This document shows positions 25,601 to 40,600 of a DNA stretch of 64,000 bases, one piece after another. The DNA lies in assembly GCF_021869535.1 (NCBI RefSeq), contig NW_026262734.1, positions 15,438,001 through 15,502,000 on the forward strand, given 5' to 3'. The translations under genes and the position numbers were made by a program. The notes under the pieces were generated by a model. That model searched no databases. It saw nothing but the letters and a program-made list of their open reading frames with translations, and was not told the DNA's origin. Position 1 is the stretch's first letter, and every line of letters begins with the position of its first letter. This DNA is from Mytilus californianus (taxonomy: Eukaryota).

Positions 25601-28600
25601 TGTCTACCATTTATGACAATTGATATTGATGTTTAGAATTGTGGCTCTACCTGTTTCTTGGAAAAAGGGCAAAAGAGGTTTAAAGAGTTTTTACTAGTTT
25701 ATATTTACCATTAATAATGTTTAATCCGCTTTAAAAAAATCCCTTTTTTTGTAAATTAACAGATTCAGTTCCCCAGTAATAAGCTAAGGAGCCCTATATT
25801 AGTCACGTCCCAAAATTTTCTGATTATTTTCAGTGTAGATTATGATTCACCATTTTCTTTGAATTCCTTATAAAAACTTGTCTTTAAGTTTTAATCAGGT
25901 TAGTGGTAGCTCTTTGTTTCCGAGCTATAAATGGTAAGAGTGGTTGAAAATGGGATTATTACAAACAGGTACATGTACAATGTACATATATTTTTAAATC
26001 TTATTTGGATGAAATTTATTCATATAGTTCCTAATAAGCTCATTATTGTACTTGGACAATTTTAAGGGAATACTTATAACCTTTATATGTATTTTTTGTT
26101 TTCAACAAATGTTGTTAGGTTGCTGTTATCTAACAAGTACTATCATAATTTGTCTGTCAATGTTTATCTAAAATACACATGTGGTTTACCCATGCCATTC
26201 CAGATTCTTGTATCATATACTGTGGATTCATTAATATTCGTTGGATACCAATTTTCGTTGGAACAGGGGAACCAGGAATTTAAATGCTCAACGAATGACA
26301 TATTTTCTAAAGGAATGTATGCAGACTTTGACAAAGCCACAGAATTTTAATATCCAGGTAAATGCAAGTTTTCCTCAATCCACGAAAATTGGTACCCACG
26401 AAAATAAATGAATCCACAGTACCTGACTAACTAATGTTTTACAGACCTATAGATTTACTGCAATATGTGAAGAAGATCTTAACAGACAACATCATGTGTT
26501 AGTTGACCGTAGGAATATCTCTTTAACAGATGATGATGGATATGCTCCAATTGTCATAACCAAAGTCCTGTCCTCTTTTGCTTGAATGTGACCTACTGAA
26601 TTAGACTTATTACTGGGTTTGTACTAACATGAGCAACACAACAGGTGCCACATGGGGAGCAAGATTTGCCTACCCTTAAAGAGCATCTGAATTCACCACC
26701 AGTTTTTGGTAAGGTTCATGTTGCTCAGTCTTTAGTTTTCTAGGTTGTGTTCTGTGGACTGTTGTTTGTCTTTTCGTCATTTTTCATTTATTTACCAGGG
26801 CATTGTCAGTTTGTTTTCGACCTTTGAGTTTGGCTATCCCTTTGGTATCTTTCACCTTTCTTTTTAAACCAGCAATTATCACTTACCAATCATTTCTACA
26901 TTGTAGTAAATTTTGAAACCAAATCTGAAATGAAAGCAGCTGAAGACAAGACCGACAGGCATACTGAAGACTTTAAACCAATTAAAGATGGCCAGTCTCC
27001 TGGTCCATCATCAGATGACCACAGACCTGGCAGCAGTCAGAGTACAAGGCCTAAGAGTCATACACCACCACTGAAATCCCCACATATGATACACTTTTAT
27101 TCTGGAAATCCAATGGTGGAAAAGACCAGGGGAATACTTCATCTTTATAAAGACGAGTAAATGTTTTATTTTAATTTTCACTAGCATAAGGTTTACATCA
27201 TTTTAATGTATAACAGGTACCTTTACAGTTTGCCTATAGTTTGTCTGCTGAGGTAGATTCGAGGTGGGGTGCACTTGACATGTGCTCCCTAAAACGCGAA
27301 AAAATTATAGTATAGAATTAGAAGCTGTACAGAGGCGGTTAGAAGATCCACTAGTGCAAGTTTCTTGTTTAAATAAGGTTCAGATTATTTATTATAGTCA
27401 TTCACCATAACAATCACCTTTGTAGTTTCATGGTATCATGCTCTCCTTGGGTGCAGGAGGTCATTGGTTCGAACCATTGAGTCAGGTCAAACCAAAAACT
27501 TTGAAAGTGGCATTTGCTGCTTCTCTGCTAAGGGCCCTGCATTTAGGAGTAAGAGCAAAGATGGGCAGCTTGAAGTCAGAATAATGTGTTTGGCTAGGTT
27601 GTCATGTCTTCCTGTGGACTTTTGTTACCGTTTGAACTATCATGTTAAAAGTCCAGTTCAAAGTTTTAGTCTGTAGTATATTTTATAGAAAAGAAGCAAT
27701 GCCCATATTACAAAACAACATCAATAGATATTTTCAACAGTTCTCAAGGGGATAGGTAACCTGTTTCTTATTAATTCATTTTGGTCAAATTTACATCAAA
27801 GTTCATTTATTCGGAAGCAGGACAAATCGCCCCACTGGCAAATCGCCCCACACCAAATCGCCCCACTTTTTCACCAACTCGCCCCACTTTTAAAAAATCG
27901 CCCCAAACTGGTTTACCAACTCGCCCCACTTTTAAAAAAATCGCCCCACTTCTGAAAAGGGTTAAATCCCGTTAATTTTTCTCCTGCCAACTCGCCCCAC
28001 TTAATGAAATAATGTAAACCTAGATGAATATATAATTTCAGGTCTGCCAACTCGCCCAACTTAACCAAAAAAATCTTTTACACAGAATACAAAAAAAACG
28101 AAAATTTACTAAATCATTATTATTGACATTGAGTTGGCATGACTCAACTTGATTCATCAGGTATTTTCTATTTTTCATAAGTGGGTCGAGTTGGCATTAC
28201 TCAATTCATCAGGATTTTTCTATTTTTCACTGGTTGGGCTAGTTGGCATTCACGTCACAGAAAATACTGATACTCACTTCTTTATGCTTTATTTCAACAA
28301 AAAGAAAAGAACTAAAAAATAGATAAAAGAAGATGTGGTATGAGTGCCAATGAGACAACTCTCCATCCAAGTCACAATTTGTTAAAGAAAAACCATTATG
28401 TATAGGTCAAAGTACTGTCTTCAACACGGAGCCTAGCTTGGCTCTCATCGAACAGTAAGCTCTAAAGGGCCCCAAAAATGACTAGTGTAGAACCATTCAA
28501 ACGGGAAAAACATGTGTATCTAAGGTTTTAATAGGTATTGATTTTATTTATAAGTGGGGCAGGAACATATATATACAACGGGATTGCATCTTTCATAAGT

Positions 28601-31600
28601 GGGGCGAGTTGGCATTACTAATTCATCAGGATTTATCTATTTTTCACAAGTGGGGCGAGTTGGCAGACCTTATATCAGAGGGATTTTTTCCCCTTTTCAT
28701 AAATGGAGCAATATATCCAACCTATTTTCAATGGGATTTTATCCTTTTCATAAGTGGGGCGAGTTGGTAAACAAAAGTGGGGCGAGTTGGTGAAAAGGTG
28801 GGGCGATTATGTGTGGGCCGATTTGCCAGTGGGGCGATTTGTCATGGATTCATTTATTCTCTATTCTAAGAATAAGGATTATCTAAACTGCATGAGAAGA
28901 TTTCATATCTAAGAAATAGACCATATGTAATGTTGCATACTTGACTTGACTTGACTTGGCTTTGGTAAATATTTATGTCTAATTCCTCCTATTTCAGTGC
29001 AGATATGTAAAACTTCCATTGATTTTTGTCCATGTGAATAATGACTCTGTAAAATAGAATAAACTTCTTTGCATTTATTATTGCAAATGTTGAACAGTTG
29101 AAAAATAATACTTTCAACACCTAAAATTTGAGTTTTTATTTTTGCAAAACCAGTCCATCATGATTTTTCAATCAAAAGTTGATATTATGGAGTTACGGGG
29201 AGGAGTCAAAAGGTGTCATTATGGATAAAAGTGGTAGGCATCTAAAGGGATTATTATGGAGGAAAGGGAGAGGTATCAAGGGGCTTCATAATGAAGGAAA
29301 GTGGAAGGCATCAAAAGGCATTATTAGAAAGAAATGGATTAACGGACTTATCATGTATGTTGCTTGAACTAGCACATTAAGGGATTAATGTTTTATTTAT
29401 TTTATAGTCAAATAACATCCCTGAAGTCTGGAGTACTAAGAAGTGAGTTGATCTTCATGGTAGCTGTACTGACACATTAAGAGATAAATGTTTTATTTAT
29501 TTTATAGTCAGATTACATCCCTGAAGTCTGGAGTACCAAGAAGTGAGTTGATTTGCATGGTAGCTGTCCCAGCTGCTTATACCATTCATGATTTACTCAA
29601 CTTCACAGCAGCAGTTCAGTAAGTATTTTAAGTCCCATACCGGCAAAGTGGAAGGGGACTTTAGGTTTGCACTCTGTCCGTCTGTCCATCGGTCTGTCAC
29701 GGCAAATCAGTTTACCACACTTTTTTCTTCGATTTTGAAAGTATTGGTTTGATATTTGGTATATAGTTTTATCATGACAAATTACCAATCAATTTTGAAT
29801 TTTGTTCGGTTTACAAGATTTTTTTGCAGAGTTATGGTCCTCTGACTTAAAAAATGCATGCAAATAGTCAGTTTTTCACACTTTTTTTCGTCATGCTTGA
29901 AGATATTGATTTGATATTTGTTATATGATTTAACCATGACAAGTTATAGATCAAGTTAGCATTTTGTTCCAGTACAATGAATTTTCAACTGGTAGGGGAC
30001 TATGTTTTACCATACAATACTCTAAAGTGCTTGGTGTACAATATTTTTGTATACTGTAAGGTGACAAATGTTCACGAGTGTTTTAATTTCTGCTAATTTT
30101 GAGTCTGTGCACTGTTTACTCTTGTTTTACAATTTAAATGAGCTATTTAGTTTTTAAAAACACCTTTTTCAGTGAAGGAATAGAATACCTAAGAATAGTC
30201 AGAGACAGTACTCCAAATCAGTATATGGTGTTAGTGAAATTCAGGACACAGGTAACTAAATATTGACCTATTTTATAGATCAAACTAATTATTTGTAAAT
30301 GGACTAAGATAAATTTGCAAACTAATCACAAGTGATTTGTCAAGTGGAATTATATGTATTTCATATTTTGTAAAAACTTGATATCTAGAAAAATATATGA
30401 AAGAGTAATGGAGTGAATCACTAACTTGGTCAGTTTCATCTTTTTTTATCATTTTTTACTTACTTTTGTCAAACTTAACACTGGGGTTATATCTTTGGTA
30501 ATGTAGCATTGAGAATGTTAATAACTCACATTGAAATGCAATTTTGGCTGTTTTCTGCTCTTTGGTCGGGTTGTTGTCTCTTTGACACATTCCCCGTTTC
30601 CATTCTCAATTTTACCTTTTTATGCTTCAATTCCTCTTTCTTTGCAGCAGATTACAATCAAATATTAATGCTGGGAAATGCATTTATGTTACAGAAGATA
30701 AATCTGATATATCAAAATAAAACAATATTATACATTTATTTCCCGTGCCTGAGGGAGATATGAAGATTTGTTCACCCAAGAATATTCATATTTCACGAGG
30801 GCTTTGCCCAAGGAAATATGTTTTTTAGAGGGTGAGCAAATCTTCATATCTCCCAAAGCTAAGGGAAATGAATGTTTTATTCCACTGCCTATGCTTTGTT
30901 TACTATCTGAACATAAAATATTAGTTTGCATACATTTGTTTTCTTATCCCCTTGTTTTTATAACTAAACACGACAAACACATTGATAAACAATACGGATC
31001 AAAAGTTAATTATTAGTCTTTTTGTTTTAACGTCTGAAATAAATTTGAACATGATAACGTTTTTTGCTATTGCAATTTAAAAAAAAGAAATTCAAAACAT
31101 TATGTACATTAACCGCCCGTAACGTCGCACGATGTAGTCCAGAAATTTCAGAGGGGAATATGAAGATATGTTCAATGACACGTGGGATAGTCTCAACCAA
31201 TCAAATATTGATTAAACTATCAATATTTATAAACAGTGGAATAATTTTCCGCATCCATTGCAATAGTCTGGATTAAACTATATCAGGGCCACTCGCCAAA
31301 CTTTGAGACACCCAAAGAGGAAAAGAACATTGGGAGGTTTATAACCTATAAGGAGGTGAAAGGAATAGCCAGAATCATGCTATTTAGCTTTTGATTTATT
31401 CAAACACTACCTATGTTTGTATTATTTCTTTGTGATTTAATGATATTTCTTTGTGATTTAATGTTATTTCTTTGTAAGTTATTTTATCTTTTGCATCTTC
31501 CAGAAACTAGCAGATGAATTCTTCAACACCTATAACAATGTAACATACAACTCAATAGAACCAGATATTTGTTTATTGACTTATGTTGCTAAAATGGAAA

Positions 31601-34600
31601 CTTTAAAAGAAGAAGAGGTAAATATAGAATTATTATTTAAGCTATAAGTTTAAGACTTAACAAATGTATCCTCATTCTAGTTTTGCTGGTGGTTATTATA
31701 GAAATGAGGATATGTGGTATGATTGCCTTTGAGACAAATATCCACCAATGACCACTTAATTACTACAGGTCACTTTATGGTCATCATAAAACCCATGTTC
31801 TATTGTAAGTCAGCTATTTAAAAATCTTAGGTAAAAATATGCCATATGCAAAAGCCTTGAGATTATAAAATTTATTATACTTCAAGTTAAAATGCCAGAT
31901 TTTGATTGGTTAATACTACTCTATCTTATGGCTTATACTCCGCAGCGGAGGGGGCATTAAGTGTTACCCTTGTTTGTCTGTACGTCCATACATTCGTAAG
32001 TCCCGAAATTGGTTTCCGTTCTGAAACTTATACACAATGCTTATTACCACAAAACACAGATCACTTTTGAATTTGGGTGACGTCACATTTACCTTTCTAG
32101 AGTTGTGCCCATTTACAAATGGAAAAATTGCTGAATTTTTCGTTTCCGTTCTTAACATAAGTTTGCCTCAACCAAATGTTATGAAACTTATACACAATGC
32201 TTATTACCACAAAACTCAGATCAAGTAAGAATTTGGGTGGCGTCACTTTTACCGTTCTTGAGTTATGGCTCCTTATACCATTATATGCTAGCGGGGTAAT
32301 AATCTGTGTCCCATGGACACATTCTCCATTTATTGTGTAATGCTTCAGAGTCAAAGTGTTTGAAAATGTTGCAAGGCAATTTTTACAGGAAAAGTTAGCA
32401 AAGCAAGATAATTAAATTAATGAGTTGACTGTTTTAGGATGTTAGCTTACCTGTGCCAGGGCTAACAGAATTACCCAACTGTCCTGTATGCTTAGAAAGA
32501 ATGGTAAATATAACAGTTGATTAATTAGGATATACTGTAATAGCAGACATTTTTTATTTGGTTTATTTCATAGTTGCATATCTACAAATCAAAACCCCAA
32601 TGACAAATTTACCCATACAGAATATTTTTTCAATTGGAAACCTAGAAAATTAGTCCTTATGAAATCAATTTTATCAACAACAAAAAAACAAATTTTAACC
32701 CTATAAAAAATTACAGGTTTCTTCAGTATTTGGCAAAAATGTAAACTTGAATTCTTTAGTTTATTAATACACAAATATGATCTTTTTCTTTTCCAAATGT
32801 TTGCCCTTATGAATGAGCAAGAATTTAAGAGTTTTATAAATACAAAGCTCAATTTTCACTATTGCAATCTTACAAAAAGATATAGATAAGATGTAAATAA
32901 TGTTGCTTTATTGGCTTTTTGTATTTATGTATGCTAATGATATATACATGTATTCATAAAAGTAAGAAAAACTTTTCAGATTCTTTACCGAGGCACAAAA
33001 AAAAATAACACTTTTATTTATCTATAAACAGGATGAATCTGTGGATGGAATATTAACAATCCTGTGTAACCATGCTTTCCATATGAAATGTTTGGCACAG
33101 TGGGGTGATACAAGGTAAGATTTCATTATAGTGATGAACTCCATATCAAATGTTTGGCCAAATGGGGTGATACCAGGTAAGATTTTATTGTAATGATTTG
33201 AGATGTCTGGCACAGTGAGGTTATACACTAGATTTTATATAAGTGACTTTTTAGATTCAAAATATGATATTTATCGGGGTTACCTTTATATTTTACTGCA
33301 GTGCACAGTTTTTCTGAGAGCAGGATTTTCCTGTCTTTTCTTTTGGTCTTAAAATGCTCTGATGACATGAAAAAACAATGCAAAGACCAGTATGGTGATG
33401 TCTTTAAGAATTTTACTTTTTAAAATGAATTATCTGTAGAATTTATATTATTTACCTTTTACTTAAAGATTTCTTACACAACGTTGCTGTATACATGTGC
33501 ATTGTTGTTATATTAACAGATATATGACCTGTGGTTCTCTGGAGGTCTGATAGTGCTATTATACTATATCTTGTTTCTGTTTAAGTTGCTATTTTATGTT
33601 CATTTCTACAGACAGTAGCAGATGTACCATACACTGTATAAATAGCTTGTGAATCTATGTAGCTCTGAAGGCACCATTTTAATGTGGTCTTTGTTCTGTT
33701 TTAGTTGTCCTGTATGTAGATATCTACAGACACCTGAAGAAGTAGTAGACAACAGATGTATGACTTGTGGATCACAAGAGGTCTGGTTTATTTGATAAAA
33801 TACTGGTAGTTGAAATCTATCGTTTGCAATCTTTAGGCAACAGTTTGACAAATTGTAACATTTATTGTGAAAGGAATGAAACTTTTCCTCGGAATCATCA
33901 CTGGAAATATAAATTATATGTTCTGGTAAATTAATCAATGAATGATTGGCTTTTACAAGAAAGTTCACATACACTAGTTTTATTGTAAAACTTAGCCATT
34001 CAAGTATATAAAACATTTTCAACTTTTTTAGCTCACTTGGCGTCCGTCATCCGTCGTCCTGCGTCCGTCGTCCGTAAACTTTTACAAAAATCTTCTCCTC
34101 TGAAACTACTGGGCCAAATTTGACCAAACTTGGCCATAATCATCATTGGGGTATCTAGTTTAAAAAATGTGTCCGGTGACCTGGCCAACCAACCAAGATG
34201 GCCGCCATGGCTAAAAATAGAACATAGGGGTAAAATGTAGATTTTGGCTTATATCTCTGAAACCAAAGCATTTAGAGCAAATCTGACATGGGGTAAAATT
34301 GTTTATCAGGTCAAGATCTATCTGCCCTGAAATTTGAAGATGAATCTGACAACCTGTTGTTGGGTTGCTGCCCCTGAATTGGTAATTTTAAGGAAATTTT
34401 GCCGTTTTTGGTTATTATCTGAATATTATTATAGATAGAGATAAACTGTAAGCAGCAATAATGTTCAGCAAAGTAAGATCTACAAATAAGTCAACTTGAC
34501 CAAAATGGTCAGTTGACCCCTTAAGGAGTTATTGCCCTTTATAGTCAATTTTTAACCATTTTTCGTAAATTTTTGTAATCTTTTACAAAAATCTTCTCCT

Positions 34601-37600
34601 CTGAAACTACTAAGACAAATTTAACCAAACTTGTCCACAATCATCATTAGGGTATCTAGTATAAAATATGTGTCCAATGACCCCGACATGGCTAAAAATA
34701 GTACATAGGGTAAAATGCAGTTTTTGGCTCATATCTCTGAAACCAAAGCATTTAGAGCAAATCTGACAGGATAAAATTGTTCATTAGGTCAAGATCTATC
34801 TGCCCTGAAATTTTCAGACCAATCAGGCAACACGTTGTTGGGTTGCTGCGCCTGAATTGGTAATTTTAAGAAAATTTTGCAGCTTTTGGTTATTATCTTG
34901 AATATTATTATAGATAGAGATAAACTGTAAACAGCAATAATGTACAGCGAAGTAAGATCTACAAATAAGTCAACATGACCAAAATTGTCAATTGACCCTT
35001 TAAGGAGTTATAGCCCTTTATAGTCAATTTTTTACAATTTTCATAAATTTTGTAAATTTTTGTAAATTTTTACAAAATATTTTCCACTGTAACTACTGGG
35101 CCAAGTTCATTATAGATAGAGATAATTGTAAGCAGCAAGAAAGTTCAGTAAAGTAAGATCTACAAACACATCACCATCACCAAAACACAATTTTGTCATG
35201 AATCCATCTATGTCCTTTGTTTAATATGCACATAGACCAAGGTGAGCGACACAGGCTCCTTAGAGCCTCTAGTTTTTTAATTTGAAGTTTCATATGACTT
35301 TAAGAAATGTCTTAAGTACAAGGCTTATATAATAATTTAATCAATGTGAATAGTCCTTGTGCTTTTTGTATATCTGTAATCACCACATGTATAATGGTAT
35401 ACATGATATCCTTCTTAATTTTAAAGGAAAATATAGTATTAAGTATTATTCTCTTGAAAATTTGATTACAAATTTTATTCCTCATATAAAAACCTTAAAT
35501 GACCCAGGTGCAGCAGAAGGGAAAGCATTTTAAGCTCTGCACACAAAGTCCAGAGGGTTCTGCATGTTTGGGACGAATGACACATAAAATCACATGGTCA
35601 AATTTTTCGCTTGCTAAAAATAATACTAATTGATGTATACAGATGTCAAATGAACTTAAGTAGACAGAAAAACAGGCTTTATTCTAAAAAATACGTACAG
35701 TGGATTGCTTATAATATAAACATGTTGTGCCAATTTCTTTCGATTCTGTGGATAAAGGTAAAACTTAAATTTAAATGCTGAAAGAAATATAAATTTTCAA
35801 TAGACTTGAATGCATATTTTGGCAAAACCATAAAATGAAATTTCCACAAAAAATACAATTTTTCCTCAATAGAGGAAAATAAATGAATCGACAGTATTTA
35901 ATAGTGTTTCTGTTTAGTTTGATAATTATTGTAAGAGTTTGTTTTTACAGTTCAAGGTTATTTTTTTTTAAGAGTTTATGGATATGTTTGATTTGTGGAA
36001 ATATTGGCTGTGGTAGATATACTGGACAACATGCACACAGGTAAAACTCTTTTTATATGGAGGCTTGTAACATACGAATAGTTCTATAAATACAATAAAC
36101 CTACCTAAATGAGATTAAAAAAAAATGTTAAAACAGGTGCCATTTCTCTTATTTTGCGTCTTATTTAATAAAACAGCCCAATTTTCATTATAATAGAGGT
36201 TATCCCTATAACTATGCCACATTTCTTGATATGGAAGGGAGATGGGATTACTGTATTTTCACACACTCAAAATTCTTGTTGCAGTCATTTCGTAGAAACA
36301 CAGCATACTTATTCCATGCAGCTTGGTAACAATCGTGTGTGGGATTATGCTGGAGATAACTATGTCCATAGATTAGTACAAAACAAAGGAGATGGTAAAC
36401 TTGTCGAGGTAGATGAAGGAGGGCGGGTAGTACATGAAGAGAAAATAGATTCTCTAGCTTTAGAGGTAAATTTAAGTGAGCTTACATACACAATCAGAGA
36501 TTGAAATCCCATACTTGCCAAATGGCATTTTGTTTTGAAATTGATTAAATAGAGTAAAAAACAAATGTATTTACAGAGTGCTTGTGTAACCACAGCTATA
36601 TCTTGATTTGATACAATTATATAAACTGTACAAATATAAATATTAGGAGAATTTAAAATGATTAGGCCTACATAACCTATATTTCATGGTCAATATTCCT
36701 GTGATGTTCAATGTTCAGTACTTTAACACAGAGTGACAAATGGTCAATAATTTAATGTATGAATGTATACAAGTATGTCTGGCCACTTCCCTCTCAATAA
36801 TATGCCATTCTGACTCATTTAACACTTCATGAAAGTACATACAAGTAAAATGCTCAGATATTGAATGGTCTACAATCATATGTAACTCAGGTGTTTTCAA
36901 ATAAATTTAAAAGCAAGATATGAAAAATATGTGGGTGAATTATTTACTTTCGTTAATTAAGATAACTGGGTAAAGTTGGTCTAATTCAGGTGAACTAAGT
37001 GGCCTACAATCATAAAAATGACATTAAGGCTGTTTCTAGTGGAGATCAAAAGCGTTTCCCCTAAGTTAAGTTAATCTGACCTACATTTCATACTTCATTG
37101 AATTAGGTTAAGTTTAACATCCCTGTTCAGGTTCAGTTACTATTTGGCAAACAATCATATAATTTAGCAAATGAAGGATAAACTATTTTTCATGGTCAAA
37201 TCTTTTTTTAAACATGTTAAAAGTGAAATAACTCCAGATAAACTGATTTAAGAAAATATTCTAAATTTTAAACAGAATGAACTGAAAGATTAAAAATCTC
37301 CAAAGGGAAGGTTTATAAAGCCAAAAACCTAATTACCATAATGGGTTTAGAAGTTGTCTGCAGTGTTTTTATGTTTTATGATTAAAAATTTCTTCTTTAT
37401 TTACTTAAATTTTTATGTCTGTATTTTTTGGTCAAAAATTACTTTGATGATGATTTCAGTACACCTACCTGCTGACAAGTCAGCTAGAATCACAACGACT
37501 TTACTTTGAAGAAAAAATGAATCAGATAGAAGAAAATGGAAAACTGACGGTGAGGATATATGTCAGAGAAGGAATAACTCAATGATGTATCATAATTAAA

Positions 37601-40600
37601 AAGTTTTAGTAATTGGGAAATAATTGAATAAGATAGAAATCTTTGAATGCCATATTTTTGACGTAATACAGTCAGTTAAATTTGAGTGTAAGCAAATTCA
37701 CTGACTATAATATAAAAAAAAATTAATTTAATACAGTATAAATGGACATTTAAGCTGAGGTAAAGTTTGATATCAAAGATTTTCACTTTTACAGTAGTTA
37801 TGGTCCATGATAGATTGGAAAATGGCATTTTCTGTTGTTTTTATGCTGTAACTTATTAACCAGCAGCAATTTTTTTTTCAATTTTTGATATGTTGTTACT
37901 CATGACAAAATAGAGATCAAGTTCAATATTGACTATTTTCACTTTTGGTGTTCAGGAGTTATGGTCCTTGATGGATTTGAAAAATAGCACCATTTCCTTT
38001 CTGTGCAATAACTTATGAACTATTACGCCAATGCTTTTCAAATTTAAATATTTTGTTACTGTAGACAAAATGTAGGTCAAGTTTAATATTGACAATTTTT
38101 ACTTTTACCATTCAGGAGCTATGGTCCTTGATAGAATGGAAAATAGGCCCAGAACATTGCAGATCAAACAAGCCTGAAACCATCATACATCAATTTCATT
38201 CCTACTGACCACCAATGGTTACCTTCAAAATACAGAAAACCTGGTTTGCTTTCAATTTGACAGCTCATTTCTTGTTTAAATTTTTAATGAAGATTTTATT
38301 TAATATAAATTTTACAGGCACAAGAGTTAGATCACAGATTACAGAAGGAAAGGGAAGTTAATGAGGATATACAATTAAAACTTCGGGAAACAGAAAAAGA
38401 TAAACACAGCATGGACAAGAAATGTAATCATGTAGGTCAAATTATATTTTTACTTGTTTCTAACTATAGACAAAGATTTTTTAAGATGTCTAAGCATTGT
38501 GATATGGTTACACTTCATAAGCTTTAAATAACTTGAAAGAGATTTTTTGTCACCCTCTGAGTGAGGCAAAATGCTTGATTTCAGCATTTTTGTCTTGAAA
38601 ACTTGGTTTTCATTTCATGTTAAGTCATGTATATTAGTTGGAGAATTTGCAGGTACAAATCGTGTATAATGTATTTTCTAATCTGTAACAGATCATTCCA
38701 GCATATTAAGGATATTTTTGTTAAATCGTTACATTATCCTAGGTATTCCAAATATCTTCTACCAACAAAAAGGGCTACCATGACATTGTATAAATGTATA
38801 GAATAGAACTAATTTACTTAGTGTTCTAATCAGAATTTTCAAAACAGTGTTCATGTACTTTTATTTAAATGAGATCTGTAAGAAGTAATCTTTGGTATAT
38901 GTGGCACTTTATTATCACCTCTTTATAAGGCAGTGGAACAGCATTTTCTTGACTTATTATTGGACATCTTTCTTCAAAATCGGCCCATAGGTCAAAAATG
39001 CTGCATTACTATAGGCTTGCCCAAGTTATCAGAGTGATTGTTCAAGTCAATGTTGCCGATTTAATAATAATTCTTGATAATACTGTAGTTTTTGTCTCGC
39101 CTTGACGGAGTCAAAAAGCGAGACATAGGTATGCTGTTTCCGGCGGCGGCGGTGTCAACAATGTATTAGTTTGTGATTAGGTCTAGTTCATGGTGAACCA
39201 CTAGTGGTAGGTCAATGATATTTGGTATGCAGTTGTATTAGCATTGGCACATCTCATTACCATGGAGATTATTTGGCCCCGCCCCCTCAGTCAAGGTCTA
39301 TTGACTTTGAAACTTTTCATAGTTTACATGTATTAGTTTGTGATTAGGTCAATTTATGGGGAACCACTAGTGGTAGGTCAATGATATTTGGTATGCAGTT
39401 GTATAAGCATGGGCATATCTCATTTCCATGGAGATTATTTGGCTCCGCCCCCTTAGTCATGGTCTAAAGACTTTGAAAATTTTGCTAAGTTAACATGTAT
39501 TAGTTTGTGATTAGGTCAGTTCAAGGGGAACCATTAGTGGTAGGCCAATGTTAATTGGTGTTCAGTTGTATAAGCATTAGCACATCTCATTTCCATGGAG
39601 AATATTTGGCCCCGCCCCCTCAGTCATGGTCTATTTACTTTGAAACTTTTGCTTAGTTTACATGTATTAGTTTGTGATTAGATCAGTTTAAGATGAACTG
39701 CTAATGTTAAGTCAATGATATTCGGTATGCAAATTTATTGGTATTTGCAAGTATCGTTTCCATGGAGATTATATAGCACCACCCCTGATCATGGTTCATT
39801 GACTTTGAAACTTTTACATAGTTTACAAGTTAATGTTTGTGTTTAGGTTTGTTTAAAGGGAACAACTTATGATAAGTCAATGCTATTTGGTGTGCAGTTG
39901 TATTAGCATTGGCACATCTCATTCCATGGAGATTGTTTAGCCATGTACCTTCAGTCATGGTTCATCGACTTTGAATATTTGCATAACTTACATGTTAAAG
40001 TATTGCTATTTTAATTTCAACATTTGCATTATCAAAATAACAAAAAGGCGAGACATATCTCTGTGATAACAGTTTATTCACTCTTATGGCAAATTTTTCT
40101 TTGATCTTTCTGTATGATAATTTTCCATATCATGTAACTCGATTTTTCTCAGCCATGTAGAAAGAGAATATATATGATTTCTAAGCCTACGTCATTGGTG
40201 TTGCCTAGGATAATAACAATAAATCAATTATCAGTGGTCTGACAAACTCAGGGATGTTTCTAGGCTACATCTCATCTGAGGGCTATCGCCCTTTGATGAG
40301 ATTATGGCAGAGAAACTCCCTCTTGTTTGAAGAAGCATGGATAATCAATAAATATTTATATCATGTACACAAGATTTTTAACTACATGTATTCAAAATAT
40401 GAATTCTTTCCTCATGAATACAAAAAAGTTAGTTATTTTCCTTCATGTCAAAAAATAAGCATCTGATTACTACACAAAATACACATACGCACTCTTATAT
40501 GAGCTTACAGCTTTTTTTATGTGGTCCTTGATTCAATTAGCATATGTAGCAGTTATTATTAACAGCAGAATTTTGTAATGTATTCAAATATTTCTGTTTT

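Noticed and set aside
26445-26570. Extra BRAP exon after the acceptor-like ctaactaatgttttacag
   Set aside because: In the required phase it hits TAG at once, and exon 2 joins exon 3 correctly without it.
27440-27490. tRNA gene
   Set aside because: Only the B-box survives and no cloverleaf can be drawn; it is the head of a SINE.
33606-34022. 138-aa minus-strand ORF, and 36360-36593
   Set aside because: Both are antisense shadows of BRAP exons.
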